From a virus, in IMG/VR virus record IMGVR_UViG_3300011655_000001, positions 1-35,972 of that record: DNA of 35,972 nt; one strand, 5' to 3'. Position numbers and translations under genes: made by a program. This document shows positions 7,819-15,851 of the stretch, in pieces; position 1 is the stretch's first letter; each line of letters begins with the position of its first letter. Under the pieces are notes generated by a model. It saw nothing but the letters and a program-made list of their open reading frames with translations. It did not search any database and had not been told where the DNA came from.

Positions 7819-8514
7819 TTAAATCTTGCTTAAATCTAAAATTGTCATTGTTCCCCAATGAACTGCACCAGTATCAATCCAGTAGCAGTTATCGCGCTTG
7901 CATGGCTTCTGGGTTACCGTATGCCCCATGATTACCGCATCAATCCCTGATACATGGGTATATTGCGGATTCTCGTCATTCAGGCGCTCACGACCCCACA
8001 TGGCTAATTCTGTTGGGAAGCGCTTGTGATCAATAATGTGTTGAGCTTTATCAAAATTATTAAGCTCATCCTTAAACTCATCCCAGTCATTCTGCTCAAT
8101 ATGACCATGGACAAAACCGAACTTTTTACCCTTGTGGCTAATCTCTAATGCAATCGGAAGTGTTTTTAATTTTTTAATGATTTCGCGCTGAACCTGGTAA
8201 TCCAGGTCATAAAACCATTCACCACCATTTTGAATATGGCAATTGAAGTAAGAGCGATTAACATCACCCATGATGACCAAATCCTCATGGTTTCCCTTTA
8301 CGGATGTAAACCATGGCTCATCAATCAGGCTTACACATTCTTCATTCTGAATGCCACGATCCACCAGATCGCCAACCGCAACCAACAAATCATTTTCAAA
8401 GTCGAAGCCAATTTCTTTAAGTCGATTCATGAGCAGGTTGTAGCAGCCATGAATATCCCCAACGGCCCACAACTTCCCTTTAATTTCTTTATCCCAGATT
8501 TTTACTAAAGCCAT
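7819..8514 (-). CDS. Ser/Thr protein phosphatase (lambda PPase/NinI-like metallophosphoesterase)
   Basis: The GDIHGC, GDLVDRG and GNHE motifs occur in the canonical order. The ATG at 8514 is preferred over the GTG at 8523. Confidence 0.85.
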   Translation of the reverse strand: MALVKIWDKEIKGKLWAVGDIHGCYNLLMNRLKEIGFDFENDLLVAVGDLVDRGIQNEECVSLIDEPWFTSVKGNHEDLVIMGDVNRSYFNCHIQNGGEWFYDLDYQVQREIIKKLKTLPIALEISHKGKKFGFVHGHIEQNDWDEFKDELNNFDKAQHIIDHKRFPTELAMWGRERLNDENPQYTHVSGIDAVIMGHTVTQKPCKRDNCYWIDTGAVHWGTMTILDLSKI

Positions 8515-8525
8515 CCCATCCACCC

Positions 8526-9038
8526 TTAAACCCTTAACTTTTCAACTTGAATAATCAACTTCCCGCCTTTTTCTGATGGCAACCGCTTTACAAGCAATTC
8601 ATCCACCTGGGAATCATCCAGAATCAATCCACCTTTCGATAAAGCGTCAAAGCAAGGCTTCACGATGTTATCGATGTCGCGTATTTTCGCGTCAGGTGGC
8701 GCGTATTCGATCTTTACGCGAACTCTGCCCTGATACCCTACCGGCTCGATAAAACGCTTCATAACGTCAATAAAGTGAATTGCACGCTTACTTAATCGAT
8801 TGGTCTTGTTGGCCCCGCGTATCCAGTAGTGATTCACCGAAGGAGGTGTGATTAAAACCTCACACCAGAGCAATTCATCATTCATCACACCAAATCCTTT
8901 CCCTTCGACCAGATGAGCCGGAACCTTTGGCATTGGATCTGGATTAGATTTCTTTTTCCCTGACTTGGCTGTTACACCAAATCGAGGGCCAATACCGGCT
9001 TTTCGTGCCTGTGCTGCGGTGATGCGGAGATTAGTCAT
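8526..9038 (-). CDS. rusA: RusA-like Holliday junction resolvase with an N-terminal extension
   Basis: RDIDNIVKPCFDALSKGGLILDDSQV matches the RusA D-x-DN...K...D...DD signature. The ATG at 9038 overlaps the end of the HNH gene. Confidence 0.7.
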   Translation of the reverse strand: MTNLRITAAQARKAGIGPRFGVTAKSGKKKSNPDPMPKVPAHLVEGKGFGVMNDELLWCEVLITPPSVNHYWIRGANKTNRLSKRAIHFIDVMKRFIEPVGYQGRVRVKIEYAPPDAKIRDIDNIVKPCFDALSKGGLILDDSQVDELLVKRLPSEKGGKLIIQVEKLRV

Positions 9039-9444
9039 TGGCACCCCACTTCTCGAAAAAGAACACCACCGGATCAGGCTTGATTTCAATTAAGCCAAAA
9101 CGATGCAAATGGCGTGCATGAGTGCTATCGCGAAGCAACTGCACATCACGGTAATGTGCAATTGATCTCCGCCAAGATTCCAAAGACATTGAAGATTTAT
9201 TTATGTTGCAAGGCACACAAGATGGATTCATATTTTCCAAAGTGTCGTTCTGAGGTCTAAACAAAACCCCATTAGACACAGGAATCATGTAGCCTGTTTT
9301 CTCACACTTTTTCATATCGAAATCGCGCTTTACCGCCTCAATATGATCTGCATGCCACTTATCACCCAATTGATCACCACAATAAGCACAGTGACCGCCA
9401 AACTTCATTTTTAGTTCTGAGCGCTGCTGCTTAGTTAGTTTCAT
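9031..9444 (-). CDS. HNH endonuclease
   Basis: HCAYCGDQL..WHADHIEAV...CVPCNINK gives the HNH core plus Cys pairs. Confidence 0.8.
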   Translation of the reverse strand: MKLTKQQRSELKMKFGGHCAYCGDQLGDKWHADHIEAVKRDFDMKKCEKTGYMIPVSNGVLFRPQNDTLENMNPSCVPCNINKSSMSLESWRRSIAHYRDVQLLRDSTHARHLHRFGLIEIKPDPVVFFFEKWGAND

Positions 9445-9941
9445 GACTCACCTCGCAGGGCTTTTTCTGCCAAGCCTCTATAGAAATCCCTTACACCCCA
9501 AGAACCAAGAGATGCTTCATACCCAACTGGATGAGATTTCCACTCTTTAACTTCATTGAGCGCACCCTCCAATTCATCGACTCGTTTTTTCTTCTCGATA
9601 TAACAAGCCTCCATGTTGTTGAGTTGGGCTTTTAGGTTGTCGATTTCATTATCCAACCTATCCTCAACACCTTCTTGATCTTTAATTAGAGTTAAAATCT
9701 GTCTTTGAGATACTTTGCATGCCCAGTCATAACCAGCGCTATAAGCCTTTTTTTCCACTTCAGACATTGACTTGAATAACTCGCACTGTTCTCTGTATTT
9801 TTTTGTGTGCTGCGCTAGGTTTGGATTTTTAAGGCCTTCAATTTCAGCTTTAAGCTGATCAACCTCGGCCTGCTTCTCCTTCAGCATGTCAAATAATTCA
9901 GCTACGGTTTTATGCGCTACTTCAAAATCACTCATGCTCAA
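9441..9941 (-). CDS. Hypothetical coiled-coil protein (166 aa)
   Basis: Long ORF in an operon with ATGA-type coupling. It has heptad-rich charged sequence. Confidence 0.6.
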   Translation of the reverse strand: MSMSDFEVAHKTVAELFDMLKEKQAEVDQLKAEIEGLKNPNLAQHTKKYREQCELFKSMSEVEKKAYSAGYDWACKVSQRQILTLIKDQEGVEDRLDNEIDNLKAQLNNMEACYIEKKKRVDELEGALNEVKEWKSHPVGYEASLGSWGVRDFYRGLAEKALRGES

Positions 9942-10152
9942 TCACCTTCGTATTCGGGCTAATGTGGTTTTTGATGTCACTACAATGGTCAGTTTCCTCA
10001 TCCGACCACCGCTTTACATTCACATCAAAAGGCTCTGTTTTCCGTTCTGAGCAATAGGTACAGATCAACTGGCGCTCAACACTCTCAACTGTGGAAATGT
10101 TTTCCCAGTCATGGTCGCAGTCTTTTAATTCTGTTTTCTCGATTAAGTTCAT
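9928..10152 (-). CDS. Hypothetical protein (74 aa, Cys pairs)
   Basis: In-operon ORF with coupled stop/start codons on both sides. Confidence 0.5.
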   Translation of the reverse strand: MNLIEKTELKDCDHDWENISTVESVERQLICTYCSERKTEPFDVNVKRWSDEETDHCSDIKNHISPNTKVIEHE

Positions 10153-10661
10153 GCTGCTTTCCTTTTTTGATATCTTCTTTTTTGTATTGTTTTTTCTTTA
10201 AGCGCCTTCCTTTTAAGCACTTCATCGTCGCGCAATTTCTGCAATTCTTCGGCCTTCGATATCACCGCACAGATTTGCTTGTACTCACCCCGAGTTAAGC
10301 GGTTGCTATGACCCATCACCGTGGTATGTCTAATTCGTTGAAGCGAAATACCAGTTAATTCAGATAAAATATTGCGCCTCGGGTTCGAATGTCCGCCCGA
10401 ATTACACCAGTTCGCCAGGCGCGTTTTCTGATACTGGGAAATATATCCATTTTCACTGCTTTCCACTGTTGACCGCTGTGGACGTGGTTTAAATTCCGTA
10501 CCTGGTAACTGCTCAACCTGGCCACCACTCTTAAGAAACTTCTTAACGTCCCGGTTTAACTGTTTACGCAGCTTTTCTCTCTCAGTCGGAACCGCTGTTG
10601 ATTTACGCGCTACGCTTTCAGCTTTTACGAGTTCTAAAAATTCTGCTTTATTGATGTTCAT
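10149..10661 (-). CDS. Hypothetical DNA-binding protein (170 aa)
   Basis: It has an HTH-like segment (ILSELTGISLQRIRHTT) and a basic C-terminus. It is translationally coupled in the operon. Confidence 0.55.
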   Translation of the reverse strand: MNINKAEFLELVKAESVARKSTAVPTEREKLRKQLNRDVKKFLKSGGQVEQLPGTEFKPRPQRSTVESSENGYISQYQKTRLANWCNSGGHSNPRRNILSELTGISLQRIRHTTVMGHSNRLTRGEYKQICAVISKAEELQKLRDDEVLKRKALKEKTIQKRRYQKRKAA

Positions 10662-10903
10662 GCCGCACCCCCAAATATTTCTTTTGTTTTATCTGTCAAA
10701 AAGTATCGTTTTTCATAACCAAATTCAGATGGCAGTGAGCGAACATAGCCAAGCTGCTCAAGTTGCAGCATGTAACGCTGTGCGGTTCGCTTGCTCATGC
10801 CGAAAACACTAACCAGGTCTGATGTAATCACCATCTTGTTATCGCGGATAATCTGCAAAACCTGCATCATCCGGTCAAAGATGTGAATATTTTCCTTAAT
10901 CAC
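10658..10903 (-). CDS. Winged-helix/HTH DNA-binding protein (81 aa)
   Basis: ITSDLVSVFGMSKRTAQRYMLQLEQLGYV is a typical wHTH segment. An ATGA overlap links it to dnaB. Confidence 0.6.
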   Translation of the reverse strand: MIKENIHIFDRMMQVLQIIRDNKMVITSDLVSVFGMSKRTAQRYMLQLEQLGYVRSLPSEFGYEKRYFLTDKTKEIFGGAA

Positions 10904-12228
10904 ACCCCACCCCCTGCGCTTTCTTCAACTCGTACCGATGCAAAGCGACAAATATCTAAACGATCCATCACCCGAACTACGCCTTTTTTGCCATGACGGT
11001 TTTTGGCGATAATGATTTCTGTAATACCACTCGGCATTTCGTCATCACTGTTCACAATTGGATGGGCCAATAAAATCTGATCCGCGTCTTGCTCGATCTG
11101 GCCAGACTCTTTCAGGTCGGATGCCTTTGGGCGTTTACCTTTTTCAGATTCACGGTTGAGCTGTGCCAGTGCGATTACAGGGCAATCAAATTCCTTCGCC
11201 ATCGCTTTCAAATCACGACTGATTGAACTCACTTCCTGATAGCGGTCTTTCTTGGTCGGGTCGCGTACCAGTTGCAGGTAATCAATGATGATGCAGCCCA
11301 ATTTCTTGTAGTTGCGCTTGGCCTTACGTGCATAAGAATGAATCTCTGCAATGGTCGGCTTTTGCTTATCTTCAACATGAATTGGCAGCTTGCTAAAGCG
11401 ATTCTGAGCGCCAGCAAATTCCTGAATCATCCCGTCGTACAAGTCGGCATTGTGGATGTTGTCGTATGGAATCTGGGTCAAAGCGGAGATACAACGATTC
11501 GTGAATGTCTCCACATCCATTTCAGCAGACACAACCAGTACTGCTTCCTTGAACTGCATAGCGGTCTGAATCGCCACCATTTGCGCCAGAGTGGACTTTC
11601 CTGATCCAGGTCTACCACCAATCACACAAAAGTGTCCGCTTTGAATGGTGCCCACTACGTTGTCCAGATGAGGCAGGTTAAACTTAACGCCTGTGTACTG
11701 CTTGTTGGCCTTGGCCTCTGCTTTCTGGATTAACTGATCACCAGCGCGTTTTAATGCTTCCTCAAACGTAAAACTGGATTTCTCCAATTTCTCATTGGTG
11801 GTCGCCTTGTTCAGGATATTTTCAGCAGCGTTATGCACATCAGGTACGGTTAAATCTCTTGCTACTTCCTGAATACTTCGGCCCATGCTTTCAACTTCAC
11901 GATGCGCTTTCAGCTTGTTGAGTTCAGCAACATAAGATTCCAAGTTGTAGAAACTCGACGGTGCATCTGCCATCAGTGTCATCAGGTATTCAGCAGGAGT
12001 TACGCCAACCAGTGAATTTCTCTCATTCAGTTTCTGTTCAACGAAAACCACGTCGTACGGTTTGTTCTCGTTAGCCAGGTCAGTAATGGCCTTGTAGATC
12101 TCTTGATGACGGTTTGCGAAGAAGCAATTTTCATCCAGATCGCTCATCACGGTTTCAAGTGAGTTCTGAACGGTCATCAGTGCAGCAAGTACACATTGCT
12201 CGATGGAGTTGTTATGAATATCGATCAT
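10900..12228 (-). CDS. dnaB: Replicative DNA helicase (DnaB family, P22 gp12-like)
   Basis: It has Walker A (GGRPGSGKST), Walker B-like IIIDYLQL, and DnaB-type N-terminal (EQCVLAALM) and C-terminal motifs (SGQIEQDAD, IIAKNRHG). The ATG at 12228 overlaps the stop of the O-like gene (TAATG). Confidence 0.9.
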   Translation of the reverse strand: MIDIHNNSIEQCVLAALMTVQNSLETVMSDLDENCFFANRHQEIYKAITDLANENKPYDVVFVEQKLNERNSLVGVTPAEYLMTLMADAPSSFYNLESYVAELNKLKAHREVESMGRSIQEVARDLTVPDVHNAAENILNKATTNEKLEKSSFTFEEALKRAGDQLIQKAEAKANKQYTGVKFNLPHLDNVVGTIQSGHFCVIGGRPGSGKSTLAQMVAIQTAMQFKEAVLVVSAEMDVETFTNRCISALTQIPYDNIHNADLYDGMIQEFAGAQNRFSKLPIHVEDKQKPTIAEIHSYARKAKRNYKKLGCIIIDYLQLVRDPTKKDRYQEVSSISRDLKAMAKEFDCPVIALAQLNRESEKGKRPKASDLKESGQIEQDADQILLAHPIVNSDDEMPSGITEIIIAKNRHGKKGVVRVMDRLDICRFASVRVEESAGGGV

Positions 12229-13010
12229 TACCAATCCCCCATGTCAGGTTGAAGGCTTTGGGTATCGACAGGTTGATTCTGTGGATTGGCTTGTTGCATG
12301 AGTTTTTCAGTAAGACCTGAATCACGTTTAATCCACTTCACGAAGTTTGAATACATCTGGGCATCACCTACTGCACCAGTGATAATTTTGTTTTCGTAGT
12401 GAGGATTAATTTCAAGCAAAATTTCTTCAGCTTGGTCTTGAGTGATTTTTGGTAATCCAGAACGCTGTAACCAAGAATTCAGAGAATGCAAATCTGGTGT
12501 CCAGAGATTCAGAATTTCATCTGGTGAATTTTTTGCGTTTGCGCTCTCTTTAATATTTTCTTTAATATTTTCTTTTATAGTGTCCCGTTCAACGGGAGTA
12601 GTCCCCTCACCTTCAACGGGAGTAGTCCCCTCACCTTCAACGGGAGTAGTCCCGTTGAACGGTAGTACCGTTTCGTGGGATGGGTTTGGTAGAATTTTGA
12701 TCTGGTTGGTCGTACCTGTTGCACGAGTAACAGAGATTAATTTCAGTTGCTCGAGCTGCTGAATACAGGTGTAAACGGTGTCATTTTTTTTGATACCACA
12801 GTACTTTTTAAAAGTTTCTGTTGCTATTGAGGTTGAGCTGCGATTAAAGCCCACAGTTTGACGCAAAATAAACATATAACACTTGAACGCCTTATCACTA
12901 AGCTCGGCCATGTACATGTCGTCAATGACGAAATTAGGCGTTCTAGAGTACTGTTCTGTCACAATGGTTGCCTTTTCTACTAATTTTTCAAAATCTACAC
13001 CGATATTCAT
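12228..13010 (-). CDS. Replication initiator (lambda O / P22 gp18-like)
   Basis: The N-terminal wHTH pattern FKCYMFILRQTVGFNRSSTSIATETFKKYCGI is like the Phage_rep_O N-domain. The gene contains iterons and lies directly upstream of the helicase. The ATG at 13010 overlaps the upstream stop (ATGA). Confidence 0.75.
   Translation of the reverse strand: MNIGVDFEKLVEKATIVTEQYSRTPNFVIDDMYMAELSDKAFKCYMFILRQTVGFNRSSTSIATETFKKYCGIKKNDTVYTCIQQLEQLKLISVTRATGTTNQIKILPNPSHETVLPFNGTTPVEGEGTTPVEGEGTTPVERDTIKENIKENIKESANAKNSPDEILNLWTPDLHSLNSWLQRSGLPKITQDQAEEILLEINPHYENKIITGAVGDAQMYSNFVKWIKRDSGLTEKLMQQANPQNQPVDTQSLQPDMGDW
12588..12656. repeat. Three tandem 24-bp iterons (candidate ori) inside the initiator gene
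   Basis: TTCAACGGGAGTAGTCCCCTCACC occurs at 12588..12611 and 12612..12635, with a truncated third copy at 12636..12656. Each unit has an internal GGGA-N4-TCCC dyad. The adjacent tract 12545..12580 is A+T-rich with 12-bp periodicity. The repeats encode TTPVEGEG x3. Confidence 0.75.
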
Positions 13011-13168
13011 GACACCACCTGCATTGCAAATTTGCACAGTTCAGTTTTCGCTTGTGCTACCGCTTGAGAATTGGCGATGGTTTTTTCAGCCATGTATCGT
13101 TCGACTGCTTTTTGGAACAAGTAAATCTTTCTATTTACTTCAATTTCGGTTAAAATTTTATTGTTCAT
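13007..13168 (-). CDS. Small ORF (53 aa) not in the ORF track
   Basis: Hand translation gives MNNKILTEIEVNRKIYLFQKAVERYMAEKTIANSQAVAQAKTELCKFAMQVVS. A GAGG SD is present, and its TGA overlaps the ATG of the initiator gene (ATGA). Confidence 0.5.
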   Translation of the reverse strand: MNNKILTEIEVNRKIYLFQKAVERYMAEKTIANSQAVAQAKTELCKFAMQVVS

Positions 13169-13211
13169 AATGGTTTACCTCGTGATTGAACATGAAGCCT
13201 GATCTAGTACA

Positions 13212-13487
13212 TCAGGCTTTTTCTTTGTCTAAATCCCTGTGATTCCCTTCCAATCCCTCTCCAAAGCTGACGTCTGTAGACAGATCCCTTACTAAAGCTC
13301 CTAATCCCAAGCGCTCGAATGATTTTGCTTGTAAATTAAGTACATGCCACTCACCAACGATTTCCTTCTCTAGGAGATACGCCAGGTATTGAGCAAGGTC
13401 TTTACCCTTAATTTCGGCAAGTAGTTTTGCCCGCTCATGGATTTCAGGAGATAAGCGAACATGTGTAGATTTCTTTTCAAGACTCAT
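13212..13487 (-). CDS. Ribbon-helix-helix DNA-binding protein at the cII position
   Basis: THVRLSPEIHERAKLLAEIKGKDLAQYLAYLLEKEI has a CopG/Arc-like beta-alpha-alpha pattern. It lies directly after cro. Confidence 0.55.
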   Translation of the reverse strand: MSLEKKSTHVRLSPEIHERAKLLAEIKGKDLAQYLAYLLEKEIVGEWHVLNLQAKSFERLGLGALVRDLSTDVSFGEGLEGNHRDLDKEKA

Positions 13488-13495
13488 AAATTCAC

Positions 13496-13681
13496 CTATG
13501 CAGCACTTTGATTGCTTTTGTGGATATTTGGGTTTAAGAACAAGTGCGGAAATTCAAGCTTTACCTTTGCTGGAATTCCTCGAACCATCCAGTTTTGGAT
13601 TCGTTGACGATTCTTGCTCTGGATTAAATCCGCGACTTTCGCAGGCCCACCCAGGCTAAGAATGATTTCTTTATCTGTCAT
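13496..13681 (-). CDS. cro: Cro-like repressor (YdaS/Cro HTH)
   Basis: 61 aa counted from ATG 13681. LGGPAKVADLIQSKNRQRIQNWMVRGIPA is a Cro/YdaS-type HTH. The gene is divergent from cI across an operator-rich spacer. The track's longer N-terminus runs into the promoter. Confidence 0.75.
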   Translation of the reverse strand: MTDKEIILSLGGPAKVADLIQSKNRQRIQNWMVRGIPAKVKLEFPHLFLNPNIHKSNQSAA

Positions 13682-13694
13682 AGCCAGACCCTTA

Positions 13695-13783
13695 TTAAAC
13701 ATAGTGTTTAATGAATAGTAAACAAATTGTTTGTTTATGTCAAACACCACGTTTAACACAATTTGTTTACTTTCAACGATAAT
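13695..13783. promoter_or_regulatory. OR region: three dyad operators, PR, and a candidate PRM
   Basis: The dyads are TTAAACA-TAG-TGTTTAA (13695..13711), AGTAAACA-AAT-TGTTTGTT (13717..13735) and TTAACACA-ATT-TGTTTACT (13753..13771). PR on the minus strand is TTGACA (13743..13738), a 17-nt spacer and TACTAT (13720..13715). A plus-strand GATAAT at 13778..13783 may be the -10 of PRM. Confidence 0.7.
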
Positions 13784-13809
13784 ATTTAAAAATAAAGATG
13801 GAGCGTTAA

Positions 13810-14502
13810 ATGCGCGAAATACATGAAACTATGGCTCGGGTATTCGAGATTGCGGGGAATCCAAGCCCAAGCGAATTAGCCAAACTATTAGATGAGCTGC
13901 CACAGACAATTACCAACTGGTCTAAACGTGGCATATCGAAGGCCGGTGCTATTAAGGTTTCGGCAAAATATGGTGTTTCTACTCAATATGTGTTGACTGG
14001 CAAGGATGCCGGGCAACGTGTTGAAACTGCTAAAGTTCAACCATGGGATTCACAGACACCGGTTGATGATGATGAGGTGGAAGTGCCGTTTTATAAGGAT
14101 TTTTTAGTTTCTTGCGGATCGGGTAGTAGTGCTGAGATTATTGGTGAGGCTACACGCAAGCTGCGTTTAAGCAAATCCACACTCTCTAGTTATGGTGTGG
14201 AACCAGAAAATGCTTATGCATTAACAGCTTTCGGCAATTCAATGGCTCCAGTTATTAATCCAGGTGCGACTGTATATGTGGATCTAGGTAGAACAAAAAT
14301 TGTTGATGGAAAAATTTATGCTATCAATCATGGTGGGTTGTTTAAGTTTAAATACCTATATCGCATGCCTAAAGGTGGCGTCCGAATTGTTAGTGAGAAC
14401 AAGGAAGAATACCCAGAAGAAATTCTCACTGCAGAAGATATTATGAATCAGGAATTCTGTGTGGTTGCTTATGCCTTTAACGTGCAAAACTCCCTGCCGT
14501 AA
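13810..14502 (+). CDS. cI: CI-like repressor (HTH plus S24 LexA-type autopeptidase domain)
   Basis: The N-terminal HTH is SELAKLLDELPQTITNWSKRG. The C-terminal AFGNSMAP carries the Ser nucleophile, with a downstream Lys in FKFKYL. A GGAG SD is present. Confidence 0.88.
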   Translation: MREIHETMARVFEIAGNPSPSELAKLLDELPQTITNWSKRGISKAGAIKVSAKYGVSTQYVLTGKDAGQRVETAKVQPWDSQTPVDDDEVEVPFYKDFLVSCGSGSSAEIIGEATRKLRLSKSTLSSYGVEPENAYALTAFGNSMAPVINPGATVYVDLGRTKIVDGKIYAINHGGLFKFKYLYRMPKGGVRIVSENKEEYPEEILTAEDIMNQEFCVVAYAFNVQNSLP

Positions 14503-14528
14503 TATTTAGTAAACATACTGTGAAATTT

Positions 14529-14556
14529 AGACCGCCTTTTGGCGGTCTTTTTTTTT
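14529..14556 (+). terminator. Intrinsic terminator after cI
   Basis: AGACCGCC-TTTT-GGCGGTCT is followed by T8. Confidence 0.85.
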
Positions 14557-14609
14557 GCCCTCAAACTGAATAGTAAACAAAAAAATTAAACATTTGTTTA
14601 TTTTTATTC

Positions 14610-14638
14610 TTGACTACAGTAAACATCATGTTTACTAT
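14610..14638 (+). promoter_or_regulatory. PL with overlapping perfect 19-bp dyad operator
   Basis: TTGACT (14610..14615), a 17-nt spacer and TACTAT (14633..14638). The operator AGTAAACAT-C-ATGTTTACT spans 14618..14636. A weaker half-site copy lies at 14508..14526 and TAAACA-TT-TGTTTA lies at 14587..14600. Confidence 0.7.
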
Positions 14639-14687
14639 TATCTCACAAACAAAGAAAAGCCCCAACGTAGCGGTAACTACTTGAGGC

Positions 14688-15125
14688 ATGACCCACCGTA
14701 CAGTGAGTGAAATTATTATGAATACAAAAGTTGATGAAGGCAAGTTGATTAGCGGGAAAGAAGCGCTGATTGCTTTGGCGAATAATCAAGATGTTGAATA
14801 CATGGATACCAGCAATACCTTTAAATCTCTAGGATGGAGTAATGCTTTTGGTCTGGAGACGAACTTATTCTTTTCAGATCGTTTTAAATTCCGCCTCAAA
14901 CCTCGCACCATCACAATTAATGGCATTGAGGTTCCTGCTTGTGGTGTTGATTACAAGCCACACACATTTATGTTTGTTTTGAATAGCCTTGAGCCATGTG
15001 AATACTCAAAGATTATTCTTGATGAGTCTGATGAAATTCCTCCTTACTGGTGGTCAACAGAAGAAGAAATCAAACAAGTTGTTGCAGCCCTTCGCCAAGT
15101 ATTCGGAGGCAGCCATGACAACTAA
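14688..15125 (+). CDS. Hypothetical early protein (145 aa), first gene of the PL operon
   Basis: First long ORF after PL. The start is uncertain (ATG 14688 or ATG 14718). Confidence 0.55.
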   Translation: MTHRTVSEIIMNTKVDEGKLISGKEALIALANNQDVEYMDTSNTFKSLGWSNAFGLETNLFFSDRFKFRLKPRTITINGIEVPACGVDYKPHTFMFVLNSLEPCEYSKIILDESDEIPPYWWSTEEEIKQVVAALRQVFGGSHDN

Positions 15126-15462
15126 ATCCAATATTCTCAAGTCTGCATTCATTGCAGCATCAATCAGCGCGGGGATAGCAGTAGCTTACGCTTTCCAGCC
15201 TGCCAAAGTGGTTGACGATAATCCTCAAGTGGTTATCACCGCTCAAAAATATGAAGTGCTTAAACGTACTTGCCATGAAACCTGTGTTGCTACTGTCAAA
15301 GCTGACGATTACAGCATTTATGTCGAGTATGCACTTGATGATGCCTCAGTCGAGTTCTTAGACATTCTGAACGTGGTGCATTTTGATAAGACTGTGAATG
15401 CCTATGTTGATCGTTATGAGATTGAAAAGATTAATGCTGCGATTGCTGGGGGTGTGAAGTGA
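15115..15462 (+). CDS. Hypothetical membrane-anchored protein (115 aa)
   Basis: ATG 15115 is preceded by GGAGG. The N-terminal hydrophobic helix is ILKSAFIAASISAGIAVAYAF. The track's longer version lacks an SD. Confidence 0.6.
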   Translation: MTTKSNILKSAFIAASISAGIAVAYAFQPAKVVDDNPQVVITAQKYEVLKRTCHETCVATVKADDYSIYVEYALDDASVEFLDILNVVHFDKTVNAYVDRYEIEKINAAIAGGVK

Positions 15463-15851
15463 GCAAGAATCCAATCTGCCCTTACTGCGGCAATAAGTCT
15501 GATGGTGTTGATGGGTATGCGGTTTACCCACATCGTCCAGATCTTCACGACAAATGGTTTTATCAATGCACACCTTGTGATGCTTATGTCGGCTGTCATC
15601 CAGGAACTAAGAATCCACTTGGTCGCTTGGCAAATGCGGAGCTTCGCAAATACAAGTCTATGGCCCACAGAGCTTTTGACCCTATCTGGAAAACAAAGGT
15701 AATGAAGCGCAAGGATGCATACAAGGCACTAGCTGCTGAAATGAATATCCAGCCAAGTGAGTGTCATATCGGGATGTTTGATGTTTCTCAGTGCAAGCAA
15801 GTGATAGCGATTTGCTTGAGTGGGAACTTAAAAGTAGAGGTGCCAGCATGA
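15459..15851 (+). CDS. Zinc-ribbon protein (DUF3268-like)
   Basis: CPYCGN...CTPCDAYVGCH has a CxxC...CxxC pattern. Its GTG start overlaps the upstream stop (GTGA). Confidence 0.6.
   Translation: MSKNPICPYCGNKSDGVDGYAVYPHRPDLHDKWFYQCTPCDAYVGCHPGTKNPLGRLANAELRKYKSMAHRAFDPIWKTKVMKRKDAYKALAAEMNIQPSECHIGMFDVSQCKQVIAICLSGNLKVEVPA

Noticed and set aside
9031-9444. HNH endonuclease considered as a homing element or defence nuclease
   Set aside because: It does not interrupt any gene and no intron- or intein-like flanks are visible. It is translationally coupled within the nin-like operon, as in many lambdoid phages.
12588-12656. Tandem 24-bp repeats considered as a small CRISPR array
   Set aside because: The units are contiguous with no spacers. 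There are only about 3 copies, they lie in frame inside the O-like initiator gene, and no cas genes are present. An iteron/ori interpretation fits better.
13007-13487. RHH protein plus the following 53-aa ORF considered as an antitoxin/toxin pair
   Set aside because: The two are separated by a 43-nt spacer with a hairpin. The small ORF is helical and non-toxic-looking and is translationally coupled to the replication initiator instead. The RHH gene sits at the cII regulatory position.
14561-14743. 60-aa hydrophobic minus-strand ORF spanning the PL region, considered as a sieB/rex-like exclusion gene
   Set aside because: It runs antisense through the PL promoter and operator and into the first PL gene. 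Its hydrophobicity comes from the A+T-rich promoter sequence, and it has no SD.
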